A stretch of 63,281 bases of DNA, filler included, from Guillardia theta CCMP2712 (lineage: Eukaryota > Protista > Cryptophyta): NCBI RefSeq assembly GCF_000315625.1. It is 5 parts of 5 records of this genome, joined end to end, with 100 filler letters (N's around TTAATTAATTAA, not from the genome) between each part and the next. Parts side by side here need not be neighbours in the genome. Positions count along the whole stretch, not along the records: positions 1 to 22,404 come from NW_005434567.1; 4 more parts are not named here. One strand, given 5' to 3'. Position numbers and translations under genes: made by a program. The notes beneath the pieces were generated by a model, which was not told where the DNA came from, searched no databases, and worked only from the letters and a program-made list of their open reading frames with translations. Below, in pieces: positions 1 to 11,607 of the stretch. Every line of letters begins with the position of its first letter. The stretch's first letter is position 1.

Positions 1-150
1 TCCTCCTCCTCCTCCTCCTCCTCCTCCTCCTCCTCCCTCCTCCTCCTCCTCCTCCTCCTCCTCCCTCCCTCCCTCCTCCTCCCTCCCTCCCTCCCTCCCT
101 CCCTCCCTCCCTCCCTCCCTCCCTCCCTCCCTCCCTCCCTCCCGTCCCTC
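1..150. repeat. (CCT)n/(CCCT)n microsatellite
   Basis: Directly visible simple repeats, probably intronic. Confidence 0.95.
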
Positions 151-275
151 TCTCCCTTTCTTCCTCTACTCTTCCATGACCCCCGACCTTCGCAGAGCTT
201 GCAGCGCTTTGGACCGGATCCTCCTCCTCGTCGACGTGACGATCTTGTTCCTGTAGCTTCTCCTGCTGCTGACTA

Positions 276-414
276 GCGGATCCAACAGAAGAGGAGGACG
301 ACTCCTGTCTGGCCCGCGGGCTGGTGGGTGCGCGACAGCCAAGTCTCAGAGTTCAGCAAGCACATTCAGAAGCAGATCCGCCAGCGTGAGAACTTTCAGA
401 AGCAGAAGATGTAA
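276..414 (+). CDS. Probable terminal exon of an upstream gene of unknown function
   Basis: After a CTGACTAG branch/acceptor the frame reads RIQQKRRTTPVWPAGWWVRDSQVSEFSKHIQKQIRQRENFQKQKM* and is followed by a T-rich UTR-like tract. No family recognised. Confidence 0.35.
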
Positions 415-1413
415 TGAGTTCTCCCTCCTTCCTTGCGTTACTGTCTTGTTGACAACTATGTTTTTGTTCTTTGTCTCCTTGACGTCATCGTTTCGTTTCA
501 TTGATCTTTACTTCAAGTTTCCCTTCAATTGATGTGCTGTTGTTACATGCGTTTCCTGCTGTATCGCCTCTCTTTCCTTCTTCTGTTTTGTCGGTTTCCT
601 TCATCTTGATTTTTCGCTTTCTCCTTCATTCTTCTCTCGTTCTTTTCCCTCCTTCCTTGTTCTCATCTTCACCTGTATTCTTCTCCTCGCTGCTCTTCTC
701 CGCCTGTCTGTCTTCCTCCTCCACTTCATCTTCTGACAAAACGGTTCAGCTTCCTCGGGTGGACGGCATGGCTGCATGGTCAACATCTCCCTCCTACTGT
801 CACTGTCCGAGAACCAGGGCATAACTTCACAGCGGGTACGTCCCAACGCATCCTCTCCTGCCTACTCTTCGTCTTCGCTCCCTTGACCTCCCTTCCCCGC
901 TCCCTCGCTCCCTCGCTGATCTCCCTGACCTCCCTGACCTCCCTCCCCGCCTCCCTTTCCTTCGTCTCCTTGGCAGTTCAGCTCTCCTCAAGATTCCTCT
1001 GCAAATACATGCTCCTGCACCCTCCGTCCTTGCGCCCTCCCATTGCGTGTGCCATGTATGACGTCCTGGAAAAGGAAACCCGCTCCTTGCTATCAAGGAG
1101 AAAATGCTGCGCCGTCCTCAACCAACAGACTATGAAATGCAGGAACAAATGTAGAAAAGTGAGGGTTGAAGAGAAAGAGACGAGTTTGGAAGATGACGCT
1201 CTGGATATGAAGCACTGAGCAAGAGTACAAGAATCATAACTTGACCGCGGGATTGCAATTGTCGTTTTTAAGATCAAGATTGTATTAGTAATAAAGAAAC
1301 AAACAAGACACGAAGACACGGGCAAACAAAACAAGAGCAACAGATCCTAAAGAAACAAACAGTCAAACAAGCACCAGTCCAACATCATCCTTCCTTCCTC
1401 CCACCAAATCCCT

Positions 1414-2840
1414 CTACTCGTGCCTGCTGTCTGTCCTGAGGGTCAGGTCCCTCCTGACATGATGATGCTTGTTTGCAGGATTCACATGCACGACCGCCTG
1501 TCCTACTATCTTCATCCTCGTCACCTTCTTCTCCCTCTCCAAGATCAGCCTGCGATGCGAAGCCGCCGCCTCCACAAAGTGCTGGTACACCCTGGCGCAC
1601 CCGGCATAGTCGCTCAGCATCCTTTCCGGATGCCACTGCAGCCCGACCCTGTACTTCCCCTGCGCTGGGTCGTGCTGGGTCGTGTCGTAGTATCCCTCCA
1701 CCAGCCCGTCCTGGCAGAAGCACATGGGCTCAAGATTGTCAGCCAGCGTCCGGATGCCCTGATGGTGGTAGCTGTTGACCTGCAGCTCAAACGTCTTCCT
1801 CCCCGCAGCCTCGTACTGCTCCTCGAACCAGCCCGCCAGCGGGGTCTCGGGCACGACGTCGATCTTGTGCCGGTACCCATCGTAGTTGTCGTAGTCGATG
1901 TGCTTGACGCTGGTCTGAACTTCGGTCGCAACGTCGAAGTAGAGTGTACCACCCATGGCAACGTTGAGCATCTGCGACCCCCTGCACAGTCCAAGGTACG
2001 GCACTCCCTTACCGATGACCTCCTTCCTGATTAGCTCCATCTCCAGCGCGTCCTTGGCGTTATCAATATCCATGTCCCCCGGGTGCTTGTTCAGCAGCTC
2101 GTCCTTCTTGTCTGACGGCATGCTCACTTCGCTCCCGTACGGCTTATACTCTGCTCCAAGATCGTTTCCCTCCACTACCAGAACTCCGTCGATGCCTGGG
2201 CAAGACATCATTATCCCGTTACTTGTCATTTCCTCCCTCCTCACCGCCAATCAGGTAGGCTTCGAGTTGCTGGGTAGTTGCCAGGGTTCGGGGAATGAGG
2301 ATGGGAACAGCTCCATACCTCTGAAGCAGATCGATGTGGTACTCCCCGACAAAGTCAACCTGCAAGGACACAGTGAGCAAGACAGGAAGCAACTGAGACA
2401 AGTCGAGGGGCAAGGAGAAAGCCTCGATGTAATTGAGCACAAAGGCAAACGTGCGGGCAGTAGACGCAGAGGCAGAATATGGGGAACAAGCAGGAGGCAA
2501 GGGCGGCGCGCGATCGCTACAGCACCTGCTTGTTCTTCCGCAGATGCCTCCTGCTCACGATCACGATCCTCGGCCAAGGTGGCTGTCCATGCGCCGACTC
2601 TGTCCCTCTCATCTGCATCGATCCAAGTCCTCTCGAGATTCGCGAGGCCGTAGTCGCAAAGCTGCCTCTCGAAGCTGCGCTGCGCGCAGACAGGCTCATC
2701 CATCTCGTTCCAACGGCGCTAAATGATTTGCACGCTGAGGTAGCAAGAAACGCAGTGGATGGTGCAGGGGAAAATGCAGCCAGCATGGCCAACATTCTTA
2801 CACAAGTTGTGGTTGAAGGATAGCAGACGGCTTTCAGCAT
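1414..2840 (-). CDS. Class I glutamine amidotransferase / peptidase C26 (PuuD-, plant GAT1_2.1-like), 3 exons (~2840-2526, 2359-2245, ~2195-1414)
   Basis: The spliced product reads PRIVIVSRRHLRKNKQ|VDFVGEYHIDLLQRYGAVPILIPR...IDGVLVVEGND. It has the nucleophile elbow GLCRGSQMLNV, VNSYHHQG and GLQWHPE (Cys-His-Glu triad). GT-AG introns restore the frame. Confidence 0.92.
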
Positions 2841-3189
2841 TCACAAGCTCAATATCCCTCCTCCAAACCTTTCAGAGTCAGAAAGGCTTGCAGTCCTTCT
2901 GTATCAATCGATTTTAGACCCTCCGGATAGATCAAACTGACTTGATCCGGTACAGACTATTGAGTGTATCTCAAAATTTGGCTCTCCGCCCGACAGGTCA
3001 GGATGCGACGGCTGATTCAGATGTGCGTCCAAGATTAATCAAGCTTCTCCTGAGCAGTGTGTGTCTTTCTTGTAGAATTCTTTCTTCCTTCGTCCTCCTC
3101 CTTGTACTCCTCGTCCTCCTCGTCCTCCTCGTCCTCCTCGCTCAAGTTCGAGCTTGTGTAGGAAGGAGGCGTTGGTTTCTAATCAGTGG

Positions 3190-4200
3190 TGTGGGTCCTG
3201 GTTGACTAGGGTGGGGTTCTCTTGCGGCAGGGGAGGGTATAATGTTCCAGGGGGTGGTTTTCAACGAGACTACCAGTGCTCAATACTATGAATTTGAGAT
3301 TAAATGTGGGGTGGGGTAGCATGCATTGTTGTAGTAGCCGGAAAACGAATGGATGAGTTGCAGGTGCAGGGTAGGGTCAATTACATAAGTGGGTAGGGGT
3401 ACAGGCTTGAGTTGCAAGTTCTGGTCAGGGTGGTATGTGGCGTGGGGGGCTCTAATTCCCGATTACAGGTTTGAACAGGGGGTGGGGTGATGAAATGAGG
3501 GGGTACTCTTACTGAACTTGTTTGGAAACTGATGGGTCCGATAGAACTATGTAGGGTATGTCTTGATAGGGGTGGTATTGGTCAACCTTAAAAGCACTGG
3601 TTTCAGGGAGTCGTAGCTCGTAGGTATTGGCTAGCAGTGATAGGACCATCCTAGGTTCACGAGGAAAGATCGTAGGTGGGGTGGTCAACATGTAGGGAAA
3701 ATGAGGGTGTTTTCACAAGGCTGGAGAAACAGGTGGTGGGGGTACTTGAAGATCTGATAGGGTGTTACCTGAAACGGAGATGAAAGAGGCTTATGCGATA
3801 TTTACTATGAATAACATTGAGAAAACTTGTCCATGTCACATAGGGGTCAAACAATCTTTGGTACTAGCTGGCACATGGGGTGTGCCGGCCTCCGTTGTCA
3901 GGCGGATTAGGGGTGTAGGCTGAAAAGAGGGGTACTCGACTGGGGGCCGCTGACCAGACTAAAAAAGAAAACTGAATAAGCACTCTTTCATTCAAATAAT
4001 CTCTATTCTTAGAACCAGTACATTTTTTTTTTGGTAGATGACACTAGCCCTACCTATTTCACAGGTATGAACAGCAGGGGTATTTCTTCTATCATATCTC
4101 CGAAAAGACTCTATTTCATGAACTTTATGGAATATTCCCGAGGGCGGATACGACCATCATTCAAGGTGTAGCTCGGGGTGGGGTGGGGTCTACCAATGGA
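3190..4200 (+). other. Strand-biased G-tract (GGGGTGGGG/GGGGTA) intergenic block
   Basis: Many G4-G6 runs on the + strand and no credible ORF. Similar blocks recur at 22790, 33350 (complement), 42740, 51780-52500, 59300-59790 and 62660. Confidence 0.6.
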
Positions 4201-4289
4201 TTTTGCACGCGGCATGGCTGCATCCCTATGTTTACTCAATAATGTTTCAAGTTGAAAAATCTGTACGATACGGTACAAGGACCGTTGAA

Positions 4290-4750
4290 TACGGCCACTG
4301 GCCGGGCGCCCGGGCGGCGGCGGGCCGACTGCCACGGATCGGAGCCTCACTCTGGCAGGGAGCGCGGCCTCGGAGTGACACAGTGATGGCACTACTAGGC
4401 TACTTCTAGTAGGCTACTACTGTAACTTTACTACTGAGTGACTCCTCGCCGGGAAGCCCGGCCTCCGAGGCTCAGTCACGGTTGACTCAGTGACTCACAC
4501 CACCGGCCACAGCCGGGCACCGTCCGATCAGTCACCGGCGGCCCCGGCGGGTCCGACTCTGAGTCGAGCCTCGGAGTGCCCCCGCCGGTCCGTCCGGACG
4601 GTGCATCGGGTGACTTGGGCCCGCGGCGCCGTCCGGGCCGGGCCGGCCCAGTTCCGAAGCTCGGCCCGGCCCGCGGCGCCGGTCCGGTCAGGCCTAGTCT
4701 ACGGCAGTGAAACTTGATCTAAATTGGGAAATTACCGGCCCGCCTCAGTG
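4290..4750. other. CCGG / TGACTC-rich GC island upstream of the ARM gene
   Basis: Very dense CCGG, GGCC and GTGACTC/GAGTC motifs. The same texture occurs at 22865-23190, 32460-33320, 38770-38980, 53830-54290 and 59160-59230. Confidence 0.6.
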
Positions 4751-5038
4751 ACATGCCTCGTAGCTAGGAAGCGGCTGTTGGCAAATCAAGGACACGCGAG
4801 GCGCGGCTCGCAGCTAGGAAATGGCTTGAGGCCTCCGCTGTTACCTTGTGGTTGTTTCAATAGCAAAGGGAAGAGAAGAGATATAGAGATCAGGGTGTGT
4901 GTGTGTAGAGGGGTAGCTGCTTGTTGGACTCGGCTCCTGTGATCATGTGATAAGCCTGTTGTTTGAAAGGTTTGTTGCTCTTCGAGGTCAAATCGCTCTG
5001 GTTGATATTGTCTCATGGTAAGCTCGGATTTCAAAGGA

Positions 5039-8000
5039 TGTCTCTTGCTGAACCCTTGTGCTTGCACGTGCAGGAACCCATCGATAATTCCGAACGACCA
5101 AGGAAGAAGATCCGTGGGAGGGATCGCTCAGGTAATGACTACCGCGAGTTACCAGCACACGAGGATACAGACAAAGGAGGTCGAGGATCCGCAGAAGTCG
5201 AGGCGGCACTGCATGACCTTTATAGAAACGTTCCAAGAAGCATGCGGCTCCTCTTCGGCTCCAGAGTAGCAGTTAACGGAATTGTACCAGACACGATGAT
5301 GCGAGATACGCTGGCAGCCATGGCAGAATATCGAGATAAAAGAATACAGCAGGCAGGGCTGAGAATACTGGGAAAGATTTCATGGGAAGATGAAACAGTA
5401 AAGATGTTTAGATCCAAAGCAGGATTTGAAGCGGTGATAATGGCGATTCGGGAGCACGAGCAAGATAACTGGCTTCAAGAAGCCGGGTTCGAAGTTGTCC
5501 GGGGCCTCCTCGACCATGCGATGAATCACTGCAGGCACAGTTACGGCGATGAGAACAAGATTGAGATGAGGAGGGAGATCCGAGCTGCAGGATGCGTCGA
5601 TGCAGCCATTGGCGCCATGAGGAAGCATGCTGCCAATCTGAGTTTACAAGAAACCGCATTGGTTGTGCTGGCAGGTGTCATGCAGGATGATGAAGGGAGA
5701 AGAGAGGTTCTTGCGGCGGGAGGAGAGAAGGCGGTCTTGGATGCCATGCGCACGTGCAAGACAGACGCACCAGTCCTGCATGCCGCCCTGGAGGTGCTCG
5801 TGATGATCTCCCAAGTGCAACAAGGTCGAAGAGAGGTCCTTGCGGCGGGAGGAGAGAAGGCGGTCTTGGAGGCCATGCAGGAGCACAAGGATGACGAGGA
5901 AGTGCGCACGACGGGGCTGAAAGTGATAAGGAGCTTGTTAGAGGAGGAGGAGGGGAGGAGGGCGATGCTCGCAGCCGGAGTGGTCGAGCTGGTGAAGTCA
6001 ACTCTCAAGTTCAGAGAAAATAGTTGCGCTCGTGATCAGGCCTTAGCGGTACTCAGCTGCCTTGCAACGGACAAGGTCCATGGGCCCAACAAGAGTGTCG
6101 AAGCGGTCACGGGGGCTATGCGAGGGCACCAGGAGGACTTGAGCGTGCAGAGAGCCGGAATGGAGAGCTTGATGACGATGAGTAGCATGCAGGGGCTCGA
6201 TGCGGTATTTGCAGCCATGCATCATCACATACAAGATGAGTGGATACAAGAAGCGGGGCTTGAACTTGTCTGTGACCTCCTCTACCATGCCACGCTCACC
6301 ATTAAAATGTGGGACAGGCACGGCTACGACGATGAGAACGAGGCAATAGAGATGAGGAGGGAGATCCGAGCTGCAGGATGCGTCGATGCAGCCATTGGCG
6401 CCATGAGGAAGCATGCTGCCAATCTGAGTTTACAAGAAACCGCATTGGTTGTGCTGGCAGGTGTCATGCAGGATGATGAAGGGAGAAGAGAGGTTCTTGC
6501 GGCGGGAGGAGAGAAGGCGGTCTTGGATGCCATGCGCACGTGCAAGACAGACGCACCAGTCCTGCATGCCGCCCTGGAGGTGCTCGTGATGATCTCCCAA
6601 GTGCAACAAGGTCGAAGAGAGGTCCTTGCGGCGGGAGGAGAGAAGGCGGTCTTGGAGGCCATGCAGGAGCACAAGGATGACGAGGAAGTGCGCACGACGG
6701 GGCTGAAAGTGATAAGGAGCTTGTTAGAGGAGGAGGAGGGGAGGAGGGCGATGCTCGCAGCCGGAGTGGTCGAGCTGGTGAAGTCAACTCTCAAGTTCAG
6801 AGAAAATAGTTGCGCTCGTGATCAGGCCTTAGCGGTACTCAGCTGCCTTGCAACGGACAAGGTCCATGGGCCCAACAAGAGTGTCGAAGCGGTCACGGGG
6901 GCTATGCGAGGGCACCAGGAGGACTTGAGCGTGCAGAGAGCCGGAATGGAGAGCTTGATGACGATGAGTAGCATGCAGGGGCTCGATGCGGTATTTGCAG
7001 CCATGCATCATCACATACAAGATGAGTGGATACAAGAAGCGGGGCTTGAACTTGTCTGTGACCTCCTCTACCATGCCACGCTCACCATTAAAATGTGGGA
7101 CAGGCACGGCTACGACGATGAGAACGAGGCAATAGAGATGAGGAGGGAGATCCGAGCTGCAGGATGCGTCGATGCAGCCATTGGCGCCATGAGGAAGCAT
7201 GCTGCCAATCTGAGTTTACAAGAAACCGCATTGGTTGTGCTGGCAGGTGTCATGCAGGATGATGAAGGGAGAAGAGAGGTTCTTGCGGCGGGAGGAGAGA
7301 AGGCGGTCTTGGATGCCATGCGCACGTGCAAGACAGACGCACCAGTCCTGCATGCCGCCCTGGAGGTGCTCGTGATGATCTCCCAAGTGCAACAAGGTCG
7401 AAGAGAGGTCCTTGCGGCGGGAGGAGAGAAGACGGTCTTGGAGGCCATGCAGGAGCACAAGGATGACGAGGAAGTGCGCACGACGGGGCTGAAAGTGATA
7501 AGGAGCTTGTTAGAGGAGGAGGGGGGGAGGAGGGCGATGCTCGCAGCCGGAGTGGTCGAGCTAGTGAAGTCAATCCTGGGGAGTGCCTGGGAGGACTTGA
7601 GCGTACAGGAGGCAGGAATGGAGTGCACGGAGAGTTCTAAGGAACGAGAATTGCTGAAGAGGGATGGGCCAGAGGCAGTGGTGTTAGAGTTTCGAAAGAA
7701 CACGTCAGTTTGCAACGGTCTGATATTCCTGAAATCACATATCATGAAGGGGCAGGAGGAATTGTTGGAGTTATTGGAGGCAGGAGTAGTGGAGGCCATC
7801 GTAGATGCCATGAACGGGCTGAGCAATACCTGGGATTGTGGAGATCTGTTCGACAGGGGGATGGAACTGCTGGGACAGATTTCACACGAAGAAAAGGGAC
7901 GGTACAAGATCCGAGCGGCTGGTGGGATTCAGACAATTTTATCTATTTGCAGCAATGAATCAATCAATTGGAGTTTGAAGACAAAAGGTCTTGAAGTGCT

Positions 8001-10532
8001 CTTAACGATCTCAGAGAATGAAGACGGATGCAAGGAAATCCGAGCAGCTGGAGGCTTGACGAAAATCCTTCTCTTTTTGGATGATGTGCGCCCGTCAGAC
8101 CATCGCTGGCGTCGCATGTTCGAGTGGGGAGAGATTCGTATCATCTTTACATTGATCGGTAGCCTTACATCGGAGGGAAAGTATGACCACAACAATGCCG
8201 AAATCGTTGCGTTAGTATGTGCCATGCGGGAGGACAAGAACGACGATGTTTGTCAGCGGGTCGGTATTGTGGTGATCGAATCGTTGCTGTTGGACTTAGA
8301 TTGCAAAGAAGCGTTTCTTGCGGCGGGAGGAGAGAAGGTGGTCTTGGATGCCATGCGCACGTGCAAGACAGACGCACCAGTCCTGCATGCCGCCCTGGAG
8401 GTGCTCGTGATGATCTCCCAAGTGCAACAAGGTCGAAGAGAGGTCCTTGCGGCGGGAGGAGAGAAGACGGTCTTGGAGGCCATGCAGGAGCACAAGGATG
8501 ACGAGGAAGTGCGCACGACGGGGCTGAAAGTGATAAGGAGCTTGTTAGAGGAGGAGGGGGGGAGGAGGGCGATGCTCGCAGCCGGAGTGGTCAAGGTATT
8601 GCTATCATTCTTGAGTCACAAGCAGAAATATGTGGGAGTTGACGAAAAGACTGAGCTATTGATGCTCCTCGGCTTCATAGCGATCTATCAGAGAAGTCAG
8701 TCAGAAGCACACTTCAAGTTCACCAACAAATATAGCTTGAAGACGATCGAGTCAGTAGTCAAGCTTGAGGCGATCATAGCTGCCATGATTGAGCATAAGG
8801 AACATGTCCAAGTGCAGGCGAGTGGGTTTGAACAAATACAAATGGTTTTGAAGGAAATTGATGGTGGAGGGATGGAGTTCATAACATGTGGAGCGTTTGA
8901 GTTATTGATGGCTGCCATGAGGAAAAGTGAAGAAAGCTCAGAGTTGAAACGAGCATGTTTGACGACACTAAGTTGGTTGACGTCAGAAGGGCAGGCGCGA
9001 AGGGAGGTCCGTAAAGCAGGATGCATTAAGGCAACATCTCATATCATTCTGGAATGCGCCACCAAGCAACTTTGGGATTTAGGGCTGCAAGTGTTGGCCA
9101 ACTTATGGTTGGATGACGAAGCGCGAAGTGAGATCCTTTCATGTAAAGTGCTCAAGATGCTGGTGAAGGAGATGGTAACTTACGGGAGCCTTTGTAGACC
9201 AGGGTTTACGCTTATCAAACAGATTCTGTGGGACAAGGATGGGTGGAAGAAGTTCCTGGCTGCAGGAGGTGCCAAGGCCATAGTGGTTGCGATGGAGATG
9301 TTTGATTTCCCTCTTGAGTTGTTGAGAATCGAGGAAATGGCAAGAGCGTTCAAGGCAGCAGGGGGAGTGAACTCTGTGCTGTCAGCCTTAACATGTGATT
9401 CCAAAAAGAACCATATGGACATGTTCAAAGTTCTGAGCTGCCTTGCGACGAAGAACGATGGTGCTGAAGCAGACATGCAGGACATCGGCGATGAGCAGAT
9501 TGTAGCAAGTGTGATGCAGGAGCACGGGGCTGATGCAAACGTGCAGGAATCTGGTCTTACCTTGTTCCATGGTATGCTTGGGACCAGCTCAAAGTGGGAA
9601 AAGAAGCCTGAGCGTGCTGTTATACTCAAGTCAGCTGTAGCTGCGGTCATCCGCCATCTGAGTGATGATCGGGTATGGAAGAAAGGACTGATGGTGCTTG
9701 CAAGACTTGCAAGCACCCTGGAAGGCTGGAGAGAGATCCGGGAAGCAGGAGGGTTGAATGCAGTGATGACAGCTATGCAGGATATGGTTCAGGCGGGGCC
9801 AACAGACGCCGGGGGGGGCAAGAATCGCTGTATGTGCTCAGTACAAGAATCTTGCAAGATCAGATTAGCAATGATACCGAAAACAGGAGGTTGTCACAAG
9901 GATTGGAAACACTTGGCATCTTTGCGAATTCAAAGGAAGGAAGTAGGGATGTTTGGGCAGCAGAAGGTGTTCAGTGTGCTTTGGCTGCGATGTTCAAGTT
10001 CATTTACAACCGCGAAGTGCAGAGTCAATCGCTGTCTTTGCTACTAAACTTGCTGCAAGAAGAATGCCAAGTGTGTGACTTCATAGCAATGGGAGGGGTC
10101 AAGGCGTTGTTGACCGCCATGCGAACATGCCGACCACAGTCAAACTCTCATGCGATGGAAAGTTGGGTCAAACTTTTGAGACAAGTCTCGCAGGTCAAGG
10201 AGGGGCGGAGGGAGATCCGGGCAGCGGAAGGGGTGAAGCAGATTGTCCATGTGATCCAAACGTGCGAGCACCTTCCTTGGGTTGGATCGATACAGAAAGC
10301 TGGGATGAGGATACTTGGGAATATTGGGAAAGACGAGGAGGGACGAAGTGAGATAATAGCTGCAGGCGAGATCCTGGATTCTGACGATTTCCTCTCTTCA
10401 TGTGGAAGCATGCAAAGTCTTAAACTAGAGCGCACCCCAAAAGACGAACTGGCCGAACTGAAATCCTTGAGAAAGAACCGAAAGCCTAGGCGCTGGAAAT
10501 TTGCACGATGTGCAAGAAGCTTCGACCACTAA
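5039..10532 (+). CDS. Large armadillo/HEAT-repeat protein, apparently intronless, with a frame break near 9811-9818
   Basis: ~43-aa helical repeats (GRREVLAAGGEKAVLxAMxxH...VQxxGLxVL) run through ORF 4963-10047. The same repeat pattern continues in ORF 9675-10532 after a G8 run. Confidence 0.85.
5563..7573 (+). repeat. 786-bp (262-aa) near-identical tandem repeat, about 2.6 units, plus a partial copy at ~8316-8592
   Basis: GAGATGAGGAGGGAGATCC starts at 5563, 6349 and 7135. Identical antisense ORFs in the track are offset by 786 bp. Confidence 0.95.
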
Positions 10533-11473
10533 GGACCAGACCTTGCACATCAACGAGAGCTTGCTATCAAGTGCTTGCATGATTAATATGGACATGGGGC
10601 CTTGACTTGAGCCGCGATTGCCTCCGATATTCAACAAACAAGTGTTTACTACTGCCATGGGAGTGTCAGCCACTTCCATCGAAGTTCCGCCTAAGAACAT
10701 ACACCATCTCAGCTTGCCACTACTCCCACCCTATCCCCTCCCTTGTACAGCGCCGCATCACAAGTGCCGGAGCGTCATATGAATCTATGTTCACTCAGCG
10801 GCACCCTGTCATCGATGCTCCTGCTGCTTTGCTCTCAGCTCCTGCTCCTACCTGCCTTTGATTGTCATGCACCGGAAATACAGTTCTGATGCACTGCTGC
10901 CTTGTCCACCATGTCCTTGGGACAAGCAGAGCACGTGTACCCGCAATATGGGTACAGAGGGGAGAGAGGTTGCTAATAAAGTGTTGACGTTTCAGTCCTC
11001 GAGCTTTGGCGATGTATTGGAATATCTGCAGAATCTAAGGCATCAACGGTGTTTTCTCCACCTCCTTAGTCGGAGGTCTAACCCCATACGTGTGGTCGTC
11101 TGAGGCTTGCCTTCTACCTGCATCCTTGCTTCAGTGTTTTCTGAGTCTTGGAAAGGTGTCCCACAAAAGGTCGATCTACGATCAGTGATGCCTTCGTAAT
11201 GTTTACGACCTCAGAAGTGAGCATGGGAGCGACTCATCGATGGCAAACTGAACGCCCTCCTGATCATATCTCATCTCTCCCCCTCCTCCCTCCACCCTCT
11301 CTAGGCTCAGCTTTTCTTTCCATCCCCCCCCCCTCCCCCTCACTCGCCCTCTCTCTCTACTACNNNNNNNNNNNNNNNNNNNNNNNNNNNNNNNNNNNNN
11401 NNNNNNNNNNNNNNNNNNNNNNNNNNNNNNNNNNNNNNNNNNNNNNNNNNNNNNNNNNNNNNNAGCCTCCTTC

Positions 11474-11603
11474 GGGAGAGGGAGAGGGAGAGGGAGAGGG
11501 AGAGGGAGAGGGAGAGGGAGAGGGAGAGGGAGAGGGAGAGGGAGAGGGAGAGGGAGAGGGAGAGGGAGAGGGAGAGGGAGAGGGAGAGGGAGAGGGAGAG
11601 GGA
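11474..11603. repeat. (GGGAGA)n microsatellite immediately upstream of the NLR ORF
   Basis: Directly visible next to an N gap. Confidence 0.95.
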
Positions 11604-11607
11604 AGAT

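Noticed and set aside
883-1218. Small ORF or exons upstream of the amidotransferase 3' end
   Set aside because: Splice-like signals exist, but there is no recognisable family or start, so support is insufficient.
5541-7907. Repeated antisense ORFs
   Set aside because: Shadows of the ARM gene's 786-bp repeats.
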